NCBI GenBank assembly: GCA_009103225.1 | Contig: RHPI01003389.1 | Location: 849,162 to 913,161 of the forward strand | Direction of reading: 5' to 3' | Source of the DNA: Chlorokybus atmophyticus | Taxonomy: Eukaryota > Plantae > Mesostigma and Chlorokybus algae | DNA: 64,000 nt | In this document: in pieces, positions 12,528-25,300 of the stretch | Numbering within the stretch: position 1 is the stretch's first letter | Layout of the letters: each line of letters starts with the position of its first letter | The notes under the pieces: model-generated | Database searches by the model: none | Told to the model about the DNA's origin: nothing | The model's input: only the letters and a program-made list of their open reading frames with translations | Made by a program: the position numbers and the translations under genes

Positions 12528-12577
12528 CCTGGCCTGGCCTGGCCTGGTCTAGTCTGGTCTGGTCTGACCTGGTCTAG
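12528..12577 (+). repeat. (GGCCT/GGTCT)n pentamer array upstream of the AKR start
   Basis: cctggcctggcctggcctggtctagtctggtctggtctgacctggtctag. Confidence 0.85.
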
Positions 12578-12648
12578 TAAGCCTCACCCCAACTGTTCTA
12601 ACATCATCCAGGCCGGTAAGGAGCAGGAAGAGTTTTCCAGCCATCATC

Positions 12649-14562
12649 ATGGCGTCCAAGACCGAGTCTTCTCTTGCTGCTGCTCCTGCCTCCTCTGAGT
12701 CAACCCTCAGCCTGGCGACTGACCTGGTCAAGCTCAACGACGGTAACAAGATACCCAGAATCGGCCTGGGAGTGTACCAGTCAAGGCCTGGAAAGGAGAC
12801 CTATGAGGCTGTCAAGACCGCCCTTCAGGTGTGGTTTGGATTCATGCAGTATAGCTTTGTATTTGTGCATGTCTTAGGCATGTGTACACTTTTGGCGATC
12901 ACGGTAGGACACATGACATGCATGTATGTGCCCGTGTGCATGTATGAGTCTATTCTATATGCATGTGCGCTAGTATATATACCTTGCATGCAGCACAGAC
13001 ATGCATGCACAGGGATGCATATGGAACACACACACACGCAAGCACATATGTGCATATGCATGTATCAGGCCGTATGCTGAGGCAAAGCATGGGTAGCACG
13101 TGTGCACTTGAGAACCCTGCGCATGCATGCATGCATGCATGCGCAAATCCACATGCTGAGAGAGCCTTTCCTTTCACATGTAACGAGCATAGGTTGTGCA
13201 ACATGTTGGTGAATTCATTGGTGGTGCCAACAACAAATAGTCTTGCTGTAATCATGTCTGTGATTTGTCAGGTTGGCTACCGACACATAGACACCGCCGC
13301 TTTGTATGCCAACGAGGATTCCGTTGGCAAAGCCATCCGCGACACGCCCGATGTAACAAGAGAGCAGGTGCTTTGCACACAAGTGTATGCAAAACTTGCA
13401 CGGTCTTTCTTGTTTATTACACTTCCTGCCAAGATGTGTTGCTTTGTTGTAGGTTTGAACAACTCACTGTTCTGCACAGTTATGGGTCACAACCAAGGTC
13501 TGGAACAGTGATCAAGGGTACCAGAGCACCAAGGGTGCGTTGGAACGGTCGCTCCAGTAAGAAAGCAATGCATGCATTCATGCATGCTGTATTGATTGCA
13601 TGCTGTATGCGGGACTGCGTGCATTGCTTGTCGCGCGCTAATAGTTTACAGGTTCAATATTTTATACACATGTCAACAAGTATTCTTCGAACTGTCTGGT
13701 CATCCTGTATGTCCGGGATCTATGGCTGTGCGTGATGTGTTTTTGTTGCTGTCTTGTCAGGAAATTGGGCTCGGATTACGTGGACCTTTATCTTCTCCAT
13801 GCGCCCGTGCGCGGCAAGCGGCTCGACAGCTGGCGTGCTCTGACGGAGTTGCAGAAGCAAGGCAAGACGCGCAGCATAGGCGTTTCCAATTTTGGCATCC
13901 ATCATTTGCAGGTATGGAAAAGGCTTGCTGGTGGTATGTGTAACCAGCAATTGACAATAGTTGTACAGTCAATGAAGCTTATGTGTGCAGGAGCTGATGG
14001 CGAGCTCGAACGTGTTGCCAGCCGTGAACCAGATTGAGGTCTCACCTTACAACACGCGCGAGGAGCTGTGTGCTTTCTGCCTCAAACACAACATCCAGAT
14101 TGAAGCCTACTCACCACTCACACAAGGCCTCAAGCTGAGGGTAGGTTCAAACACGCACACACGAACATATCTCCACACATAGGCGGGCACAATCATGCAA
14201 GCACACGCATGCACATGCACGCACGCACATCCACGCAGCTTGTGCGCACACAACCAAGAATAACAAAAGCAACAACAACCACTATTCCAAAATGCATGAT
14301 GAGTGCGTATTGCATTCTATACTTTGCGCAGGACCCTAAGTTGGTGGAGATTGCCAAGACGTACGGGAGGACCACCGCTCAGATCTTGATAAGGTGGGCG
14401 ATGCAGAGGGGTTACATCGTGTTGCCGAAGAGCGTGAAGCCCGCGCGGATACGCGAGAACGCGGACGTGTATTCCTTCAGCATCAGCGACGAGGACATGA
14501 AGCGCCTCAACTCGTTTGATGAAGGACTCGTTGTTGGTTGGGATCCCACAACCGGACCTTGA
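12649..14562 (+). CDS. Aldo-keto reductase, AKR5/2,5-DKG-reductase-like
   Basis: [61 protein letters not shown]. The catalytic D-Y-K-H tetrad is present. Six exons; stop at 14560-14562. Confidence 0.95.
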
Positions 14563-16362
14563 ACGGCATGTTGGAAGTGGTGATGCGCAAGCGCACAGCG
14601 TTGGAAACATGCTGTTTGCATGGGCGAGTGTACAATAGGTGGCTAGTTGTGGCACATCCAGTGCAGTTGGTTGCATGTTGTAACGGTGCAACGTTGCAAG
14701 CTCTGAAGCAGGTTGGAGGCAACTATGTGCTGCGAAATACCATGGGCTGTACAAAGATTGCGCTTGACTGCGGAATAATATCAGCACATTTTGCTAACCA
14801 AATGTCATGTAAATGCTGCAGGCACCATCAACTAGCAGTGTCTATATAACTACATTGCTCATTTCAGATTTGATGCGAACGGTTGCACTGCAAGTGCAAG
14901 CTTGAAGTGAAGAAGTGAAGAAGAAGACGAGTGATGATGCAGTGTTTAGATTGACTGTTGTTCAACTTCTTCTGTTTGATCAGCAATACATATTCGCAGT
15001 TCGCACAGGCAGTATGTCACAACCATTGTTACATCACACTACCCGACGAAGAAGCTGCTGGCGAAGTTGCGGCAAAGGCTAGGACAAAGTGACGCGTATG
15101 TGTACTGTACACCACCAAAGCTGCTGTACATGACAGTGGTGAAGAAACTCAGCGCAGCGACAGATTCTGCCTGTACGCAAGGACTGAAGGATGTGACACA
15201 TTCATGGGGAGCAGGCTGTTGGTAGTGCAGCTTGCCAATGCTACGACGACGAGAGAGGCCAACCCCACCACCTAATCCCACTGGCAGCGCCTAACCGGCA
15301 CATGTGTAACAGCTGCTAGTACGACAGCACCGCTGCCGACAGGGCAGGGCGCAAGGGCGGGGCAGAGGGGCGGGGCTGAGGGGCCCCTCAGCCAGGATTA
15401 CAACATGCACAGCTGCGTGGGAATGGCGGGAGTGAGGCTGTGGGTGAAGGAGAACGAGGGGGAGAGTGGGATTTGTCTGCTGCTCATGCTCCTGGCTGCT
15501 GCAAACAATTGCAAGACTAAAACTGACTGCACACGCGTGCAGGTAATGAGCAAATGCATGCATGTATGTCTGATGGGGGTTGAAGGCAGTAGTTACAATA
15601 GATAACTGTGGCTAGTGTAGGTAGACCCTGGTTGTAAATGATTGTTGCATGATGATGAGCTTGGTGAACAGTGCATGTTACATGTGTCTGATGATCATTT
15701 GCATTTTCTGTACACATCAACAATGCTCATTTACATAATAGTTCAATTTAACAGCTGAGCATGCTAAACAGCAAGAATAGAGATGAAAAGGCAGTAACTT
15801 TACAAACAACAGGTGTACACAGCTAGGTAGCACACAAGAGGCGTAGATGCATCCCGCATGCCTAACGTTGTGAGGCACATGGTGTTGTGTGTATGGTGTT
15901 GATAGGTAAGGTCGAGGACTGATTGCCACGTGTTTTCGTTGCAAAATTGATGTTTGTTGTAAGAGGCAGTACCAAACTCCAAAGCCTCGAAACAACTGTA
16001 ACAACATAATTGTTACTCTAAAAGAGTTTTAATCCTCAGCATGTATGAGCATTACCGGCACTCATTGCAGCCATACGTGCACAAAGGGTAGAGCAGAAGG
16101 GTTGGTTACAAGGATAAATATCTAAAACAAACAGCAAGCACAACAAGCAAAGCCCAGTGCCAAGAGTTAACCCAGACCGACATGTGCACCACACAAAGCG
16201 CCTTATGCAATATTGATAAGGTCAGGGCAACGCTAGGCTGCTTACAAGCACTGTATGCAGTGCAAACAGCTGAAAGGTCTTAGATACACTACTAGTAGGT
16301 TTGGCCAATACACGCAAACCATGAATCAAACTGCCAATACACGCAACACAACATACAGCTCT

Positions 16363-17972
16363 CTAAAGCTGGCTGACGAAGACAAGCCCACCAGCGAGCA
16401 CAATTCCAAGCACAAGCGTCACCACAACTGTTGGTGGGAGACCAGCGCTGCCCTTAATCTGGCCTGTCTCAGCATCGTATGCGGCAAAGCGCTTCTTGGG
16501 GGCATTGCATTGCGGGCATTCGTATGAGGAAGGCTGCGAAGTAAGCACAACACATCACGAGTGTGAGCGACATTTCACATAGAACATATCTGTTCTTCAA
16601 GTCAGTACTCTAGCTGGCTCTAGCTGACTGTCATACCCTAGTCGGTGAGTTTCATGTGGCAAAAAAGTGCTTACCGGTAGGCATAGTATGCAAGTCATGC
16701 AAGTTCCTCAGGGGTCTATTGCCCAATGCTGAAGGTGCAACCACATGTGCGTGCGTGCAGGCATGCACGCCCACACATGTGAATGCATGTATGCATGTGC
16801 ACGTGCATATGGTACAATGTACCTGTTCGTCAAATGGTGTGGGCAGTGTGTAGATGTATCCGCAGTCGAGGCAGATGTGTGTGGCGCGTTCCTTCTGTGC
16901 AGCAGTGAGCTTGCGCCCAAACCGAGCTGGAGCCGGCCTCTTTGGCAACCTCTTCACATTAATCTCCTCAGCAGTAGGCCCGCGCGCCAACACAAAGTAC
17001 ACAGAGTCTGGCTTGGCCTGAACACAACACAGATTGCGTTGAGCTCGACAAACACATGACTGATGTAATGTGTGTCTTGCACAATGTTGGGTGCATGCAA
17101 TGTTAACCAACCTGCACGGCGGTGCGGGTGAAGCCAAGGTTGTCTGCGGGCCACAGCTCATCACCGAAGAAAGAGCTGGTGTAGACTACAACGTCGCCGG
17201 CTTTCACGCCGGCCTTGGCGGCATTGCTGCCGGGGTTGACAGACTGCGCACCACCCAATCATGTTACCAACATAACAACACATGCAAAGGCACAATTGAC
17301 GCGTATGGCAATCACAGTGCATTGTTGGAGACCATGCAAACAACTTGTCATTGTGCGTATGAGAAGCTCTTACACAGGTGCATATGCATAAGAATGACTA
17401 GTTGCATGTGCACTACACAACGTGCAATCAACTTGCTGCGTGAAAACAAGCTGTGGACAAAGAACGTACCCTGTCTGGATGACAAGAAACTCATGCATGT
17501 CTGTGCATGTGAGCGTGCTGGCTTGTGATGTTGCGTGCGCATGCATCGGTGTTCGTGTCTTTCTGCACGTGCAGTCTGTTTAAAGACAATGTCGTCAGCG
17601 CTTATGGAAACAGCACTTAACCTGTTAACTGACCTTGACGACAACGCCAGAGTTGCCTGACTTGGCGGCGAGGGTGAGGCCAAGTGGCTTATCAACCTCA
17701 ACCTCCACGGTGCCGGAGAGCTTAGAGACGGCGGAGACGGCGGGGAGGGCAGACGGCGACGAGGAAGAGAATGACGACGACGCCCTGCGAGCGACGGCCT
17801 GGAGGCGCAGGCTGCCAGCTGGCGCAGCTCCGGCGAACGCACCCCGCAGAGGCAGCGACGGGCGGGCGCTCTTGCTGGAGCTGCAGCCGGCTGAAGAGGC
17901 AGTGGACAAAGATGATAGCGTCACTGTGGACGATGACAATGCCGCCATGCTGGTCGCCGCCGCCGCCGCCAT
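16363..17972 (-). CDS. ENH1: Chloroplast PDZ + rubredoxin-like protein with C-terminal TM
   Basis: Ser/Ala-rich transit peptide; PDZ-like [11 protein letters not shown]...[14 protein letters not shown]; rubredoxin CLDCGYIY...[13 protein letters not shown]; hydrophobic tail [18 protein letters not shown]. Confidence 0.9.
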
Positions 17973-18347
17973 GCTTGACGCTCAATGCAGCACTGGCAAA
18001 CAAGGCGCAGGTACAGAGCTGTCTAGCATAGTATTTCGCGGCTGGTTGACGGGATACTTGGCGTAACGCAAGCTCTTGAGTTACTGTCAGCACGTGCGGG
18101 CCACAGACAGAGTCGTATGGTCAGGTACCTTGTGAGTATCGGGTGACGCGTGGCGCATCGAGCACTTCAAGCCTGCGATACCGGCGCTGCTGGCACTCCG
18201 CAGGCTTGCAGCCGCGAATCTCATTAATGCTCATGCATGCGCGAACGCTTCCATGCACCCTACTGGTACGCGACTCGCGGTGTGCGTTGTGAGACACACC
18301 GCATTAACCCCATGATGCAAGCGGCGAGGTAGGGGATGTGTGGCCTA

Positions 18348-18715
18348 CCGTATTTGCCCTGATCATGTGATAGAAGCCCCCCCTTGTTACAGAAGCCCCC
18401 CACCCCTTTTCATGAACGGGGCTTGTATTTGGGGGCCTTCTATTGGAAACAAGGGGCTTCTACTCGGCGCGAATTACGCTGAGTCGCGCGCGTCAAGTGT
18501 ACTCAGAGTCGGATTATCCGCACACTTGATGCGCGCGAGTGCCGCGCAGGAAAGCGTAATTCATGCGCGTTAAGCGTAACCTAAGCGCGCTATGGGCCGC
18601 ATGGAGTCATGGGGGCTTGCAAAAGGTCGGGGGAGTAAGTGTTTACATAAGCCCCCCACCCTTTTTTGCCAGAGGGGCTTGTATTCGGGGGCGGCTTCTA
18701 TCCGGGCAAATACGG
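18348..18715. mobile_element. Tc1/mariner (Tc2/pogo-like) MITE with TA target-site duplication
   Basis: TA|ccgtatttgccc ... gggcaaatacgg|TA (12-bp perfect TIR plus TA on both sides). Complementarity extends through gatagaagcc. Internal direct and inverted modules (aagcccccc, ggggcttgtatt); no ORF of note. Confidence 0.85.
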
Positions 18716-20505
18716 TATCTTGCAAGTTTCCATGCGGGAATTCTTCTACTAACGAGGAGTTCATGCACGAGAGCTACATGAAAACGGACAGTCATTGCTT
18801 ACAGTATAAGATATATTTGACAATGTCCAGATTTTGTATCATGTCGTATGGCGTCGGTCATGTTATTTGGAAAACGCATATCATGATGTATAAGTCACGC
18901 ACGTAACAATAAATGTATTATCTTACAAACGATTTCACAGCAACTATTCATAACTTGTATTTTTACAGTCACGTGTTATAAGGATCTTGCTATTATTTCA
19001 TGTAACATATAACATGTGTTGATATTGCATCGCACAGCGTGATAGCCAACAATGCGTGTCATACACATGCAATATGTCATTTGCTGGCACATCAAATGCG
19101 CAGTGCATTATAATTTGTGACCTCACCATTATATACGATAGTGAAGTCATTTATTATTCAGCCTTATTAAAAAATTACATGAAACTATCAATATGGCTGC
19201 TTCATCATTGAGGAGGATGAGGATTAATTAAGATAAGTAACATACTTACTATGTCATGGTTTTGTCTCAAAACATAATCAATAGTTAGGACCATCGATGG
19301 ATAAAGTTACAAGATTAAAAAGCATATAGTCTTGCTGATTTGTACTAGCTCTTTGTACTCCAGCCTCAACTACAGCTTTAGCCACTATGAGTAGTGTCTG
19401 GAGGACAACGAAGCTTATGTACGTATATATATGAGCGCACGTGTGGTGCAACCATCAACATGCATGCCGCACCACTCGGTGTGCCGGTTTATATGCAGCG
19501 ATGTGCTTGTGTACATACATTGCGAAACGGCAATGTGTGCTCATTGAAAATTGCTTGCGTGCATGTGAAGCGCAGCCATGGTGTGCGCGTGAATATCTTT
19601 GCGTGGGCGAATTGGAAATGTTGTGCATGCGTGCATGCATGTGCACTTGCTAGCAGAAGACATGTGCGCGCACGCATGACGTGCGCATGTGTACAGGATA
19701 AGCACGAGGCTACTAACAGCATGTTCACACCACACATCACATAGCCAACCACACGCACCTGCAAGTACGCCCATCGGGCTAAATCTACCTTGTATTCTAC
19801 CTCTATTCCTACTGCCCCCCTGTTAGTTATGCATGTATGCGTGGAATGTGTGTCCTTACCAGCAGCTGCAAGATTGTTATTATCAAGTACGAAGCTACAA
19901 ATATGGTCCAGTAAGCACTGCTCCCTTTGCACTGTCGTTTGTCCGCACCAGTTTCCAGGTCTCCAATGCACACATTTTCATTATGTGCGTTATTCAGCTG
20001 TGGGATCGCACCAATCTAGCATACTATCTCTGATACACCACCAACCTTGAGGAGTTTGATGCAATGCCAACAAGCAACCAGTGAGTTCCTTGTTTTTGCT
20101 TTGCGTGGACGAGCTGGTACGACATACACCATGCATAATCAATATGCATGGTGTGTACATGCCCTGTGCACCTACAGCAATTGTTGCTGGGACTGTGAGC
20201 CGCCTCCTAGTGCCACGAGTTATCATACTGAAGTGCTGGCGACAAGATGAATTACACGCACGCACGCACGCACCGGACACACCCTTGCACACAGAAACAT
20301 GCATGCACGCATCCAAACACGCGCAGACCAACGCGTGCTCCATGAAGTGTGTGTGCCAAGCCACAATATGCATCAGCACACAGTGAATGTATTCGCCTGC
20401 CACAGATGGCAACTGAGAGTGGTGCGGGCCAACAATGCAACGCGACATTGTAACCTGCTTCCGGATGCGTCAACATCGAAGGAGGCGCACTGCGAAATTG
20501 TGCAC

Positions 20506-22332
20506 TCAAGAAGTCAACTGCGCAATGCTGTCCTTCAAATTCTGCAAGTACTCCCTCAAAAGGTCGTCCGACAGTGTAGCTTGTCGCAAGCAGAGGAGAC
20601 GCTGCACAATGCTGTACTCGTTGCGAAGGGCTGCATACTGCTGATCAGTGATGCGCTTGCGCTGTGCTGCCTGCACACATAGCAGGGCATCAGTACGTGC
20701 GCACGTGCATGTGCTTTGCTCGTTTTGGTGGCATTGCGCAAGGGTCTTAGATATTGCACACAGTTTCGGCATTCAGACAATCTGGGACTAGAGCTGACAG
20801 TATAGTTCTCAAGCAGTATGTAGCGATTCAAGCTGCAAGCGAGTCCTAAACTGTGGCATGCAATTGTCGGCTGAGCGTTAATGTGCTTGCAACTTGCTTG
20901 AAGCTGTTAGGAAGCGTACCTTGAGGTCAACTTGCGCAGCAATGTCTGTCGCCTCTTTGATGACAGTGTCGGGGATTCCAGCAACAGATGCCAGTAGCAG
21001 GCCATAGTTGGTGACGTTGCAGGAACCTTGAGCTACGCTGTAATGGAAGCTAAGGCGGCTATTTGCCGTCGAGACTGCCAAGCTGCACAGCTGATATGCA
21101 CATTGGTTGGCAAGCAAGGTGGCGTCATGGAAAGGCTGAGATGGATGAGAACAGTACCTTGACGTTGGGGTACAGTGAACACAACTCGCCCAATCGGTGG
21201 TCATGAGTAGCAACGATGGTATACCTGATGGCACAAGAGGACGTGTTGACTGCCTTCGCTTGATCAAGCATCCAAGTGAGCTATGGCAGATGCAATGTGA
21301 ATCCATTGCAGACGGCACGCATAGATGGTAGCTATGTACGCCTGCGGGGCAAGCATGTACATGCGCCAAGGGTTGGTGCTTGGACTGTAGCAGGCGCTTA
21401 CAGGTTTTGTGCAAGAAGAAACTCGCAGCAACTCCAAGCGATGGCGAAGCCATCAGCTGTGGCGGTGGCTCTCCCCAACTCGTCAATCAAGACCAGGCTT
21501 CTGTCACAATGCAACACGTTAATGGGGATGCCAACGTACATACTACAGAATGACAGGGATGGATGGATGGAAGGGAATTGAGGGCGGCTTTGCATCTGGC
21601 GCAGATGAGGGAGGNNNNNNNNNNNNNNNNNNNNNNNNNNNNNNNNNNNNNNNNNNNNNNNNNNNNNNNNNNNNNNNNNNNNNNNNNNNNNNNNNNNNNN
21701 NNNNNNNNNNNNNNNNNNNNNNNNNNNNNNNNNNNNNNNNNNNNNNNNNNNNNNNNNNNNNNNNNNNNNNNNNNNNNNNNNNNNNNNNNNNNNNNNNNNN
21801 NNNNNNNNNNNNNNNNNNNNNNNNNNNNNNNNNNNNNNNNNNNNNNNNNNNNNNNNNNNNNNNNNNNNNNNNNNNNNNNNNNNNNNNNNNNNNNNNNNNN
21901 NNNNNNNNNNNNNNNNNNNNNNNNNNNNNNNNNNNNNNNNNNNNNNNNNNNNNNNNNNNNNNNNNNNNNNNNNNNNNNNNNNNNNNNNNNNNNNNNNNNN
22001 NNNNNNNNNNNNNNNNNNNNNNNNNNNNNNNNNNNNNNNNNNNNNNNNNNNNNNNNNNNNNNNNNNNNNNNNNNNNNNNNNNNNNNNNNNNNNNNNNNNN
22101 NNNNNNNNNNNNNNNNNNNNNNNNNNNNNNNNNNNNNNNNNNNNNNNNNNNNNNNNNNNNNNNNNNNNNNNNNNNNNNNNNNNNNNNNNNNNNNNNNNNN
22201 NNNNNNNNNNNNNNNNNNNNNNNNNNNNNNNNNNNNNNNNNNNNNNNNNNNNNNNNNNNNNNNNNNNNNNNNNNNNNNNNNNNNNNNNNNNNNNNNNNNN
22301 NNNNNNNNNNNNNNNNNNNNNNNNNNNNNNNN

Positions 22333-22377
<45 letters not shown>

Positions 22378-25300
22378 TGCGACACTTGCCTTGTGCCGAT
22401 GGACTGCATCAAATAGGCGGTTTCACGCATCTCTGCCATGAACTGCAAGAATGCCACCAACGTTATGCCAACACAAGTGCTGCACTACAACTGGGATTGG
22501 AAGAAGTGAAATTGACTGCAGGCCCAGGTTTCATCCATGCCAGGCCGTTATGTTGTGAGATATTCATGACGCGTACCAAGGACTTACCGAACTTGCATTG
22601 GACTCCAAGTTGTCGCCTGTGCCAATGCAGGTCAACAGGCGGTCCAAAGGCCTCAGCGACGCGAACTTGGCTGGAACAAAACAGCCAATCTGTGCCAAGA
22701 TCACTATCAGAGCGACTTGATGAAGGTAAGTGCTCTTGCCGCTCCTGCCAGAACATTGAGATCTCAATAAACAAGGACAGCTGCATGTGTGGACACCTTG
22801 CTGAGTACAGTTGAGTGCTGTAGATCACATTCAAAACACGTGTCATAAGTTCTCGATTGCATACCCAAGAACGATTGAGCAAGAAAACAAGTATTATCGG
22901 TGTTGCATATCAACAGGCATGCGGTGCAGAGTGCTTACATGTTTGGGCCAGTTAGGATTAACATGTTGGAAGCTTCTGATAAGTAGGTCGTGTTTGCCTG
23001 CAGGTTGTCTGCAGCACTTAATGACCGCATGACGCTGCCAGGAAAATACGTGTAGCGGTCATGACTTGCACAACAGCTAGCACATCACCCTACCACGAAC
23101 TGGTCGCCCAACATCTTGTCAAAAACAGGGTGGCGGCCGCCATCAATGGCTATGGGTGCATCCTCTGCACACCAAGGCCCAAGTATGTAAAAGAAGACCC
23201 GCTGTGACAACAGGTAAGCCTCCGATGCGGTGCTAGCTGCATGCTCGAGCAGTTCGCACTAAGACAACCTGCACCTGCCAGCTCTGGCCGAACATAGCTC
23301 TCAGCCGTTGCCGACGAAACCAGGTACGCAAACGAGTTCACCAACATGTCCAGCAGTGCAAAGGACTCCGACAGCACATTCAGCAAGGGTTGGTCCTCTC
23401 TAATGCGCTGGCACAGTCCTGCATGCCAACATCACGTGGTAGTGACCGGGTGGGATGTTTGGGAGCTTTCTGGTGACTCTGTTGCCTCGAGCGTTATCAG
23501 CCGCCATACCTTCAAGCACTTGAATCGTGCGGAAGTAACACTCATTGGCAGCAGACTTGTTGCGCATGTTCAACTGTGGCATGATTCAAGTTATATGGAA
23601 ATTTTGAAATGCATGCAGAATCAGGTCTCATGAAAAATGATGCTAGAGAGCAGTTTGACTCACCGACACGAGTTCTTGTGAAGAGCACATGTAATGCTTA
23701 CTGTGTCTTGTGACCTGTACGACAGCAGAGCTCAGTACACAAAGCACACTTGCTTGCAAGGCGCTGCATGCTGAAGATTAATCAATAGCAAGGTCGTAAT
23801 GCTGACCTGTATGAACACTTTTGGTAAGGAGGCTCCTTGCAACTTCTGCACCTCCAGGACTGGAATGCTGATATAGAACCCACGCTTACTGTTGTAGGGA
23901 GTCTTCAAGCCCGGAAGGTCAAACTCTTCACGATAGCGGCTTGCCAGGTCATAGACAGCTGCGACAGGCTAACCATGTCCGACATGCAACAAGGCAAAAC
24001 TGTGCAGAAGCTACAACTTGCAATGTACACAAGTTCAGAGGAGGTATTCTCAGACAATAGGCTGCGCTTGTTCTGCGTCAGTTGTGAGCGGTGCGCTTGA
24101 GGCCTCATACGACTACTTCACGATACTACCGGGAATTCTAGTAGTGTTGATGCTCGAGAACATGCGGCTATAGATGGTAGCAGTATATGATGCGCTTGAA
24201 CTTGCCTTCACTTGTCTCGCAGAAAGCTTTGCGTGCAACATCCAAGAACCCGTCCACTCCGGCTTTCACTGCAAAGCACTGCTGGGTCCTTGTGACGAAG
24301 GCAGCTTTGGAGTGTATGATGTCTTCATCAATCACCTTCTCAATGCTGCAAGAAGTAAACGTGTGCTGTCAGAACCATTAACAACTCATCACAAGGATTT
24401 CTCTTGGCATCGTGTGTACAGTTCCCAACAGACCTGCTCTTGAGGGCTTCCAGCCCAGGATGTACGAACACGTTCGTGCGGATGTTCTCCAGCGTGATGC
24501 TTTGACAACTCTCCAGAGCCTGCGTGAAGGCACACACCAAGACTATCGCTCAAGCAGAGCAATGTCACTAAGGCAAGGTGTGCACAGCATGAGATCAGGT
24601 TTCACTGCTGCGCACAAGCCAGGCTCACCTGTGCTGCTGCTGGCACGAGCTCGAGCGTCTGCTTGAGCTCAATGACTCCAGCGACAATCTTCTGATTGCG
24701 TCGAGCTTGTGCTGTGCCGTCAGCAAGTGTGCTAACCCGCTGCTTCAATGCAAACTGGGAGAGCGTTCGATCTGCACGTGGACTTCATTGTCACAACAGT
24801 GAGACACACGTGGCCGTTGTTGTTGTTGAAAGGAAACCCACCAACATTCTTTGGTAGTCTGCTTAAAGTTTGACCCAAGTCAAAGAACATGCGTTCGTTG
24901 CTTGTCAACTCTTCCTGCGGTACAAAGTAGGCCAGAGTCGGTGCGTCTTATGTGCAGGGCAGTTTGTGTTAATGCACTCTCAGAGTGCATATGAAACAAC
25001 TGCTCTGAGGCTTGTCTGCGAAGCTGTGACAAAATGCTGTGCCAAATCTATTCAGTCAAACAGTTTACCACGCAGTCCAAACGACCATTGATGGTGTTCA
25101 GGTCCTTGGGAGGCTGAAGTATGTTTGCTTTCAAAAGCCTTGTCCTGCGCAGCGATGCGGTACAGCATTGAACCCCCACCTCAGGGATAGTGGTTGACAG
25201 AAGACGCGAGTGCACATCATGCATGCTTGACGCAGCTGTCTGCAAGTTGACTAACCCCCCAGTTGTCTTCGTGGTCTTCAACATGCCGAACAAACTGGTT

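Noticed and set aside
15649-15693. ATGATGA...CTGA resembling a C/D-box snoRNA
   Set aside because: Spacing is too short and there is no terminal stem or rRNA-complementary guide I can support.
21543-22460. Long ORFs of about 290-305 aa
   Set aside because: Open only because they cross the N gap.
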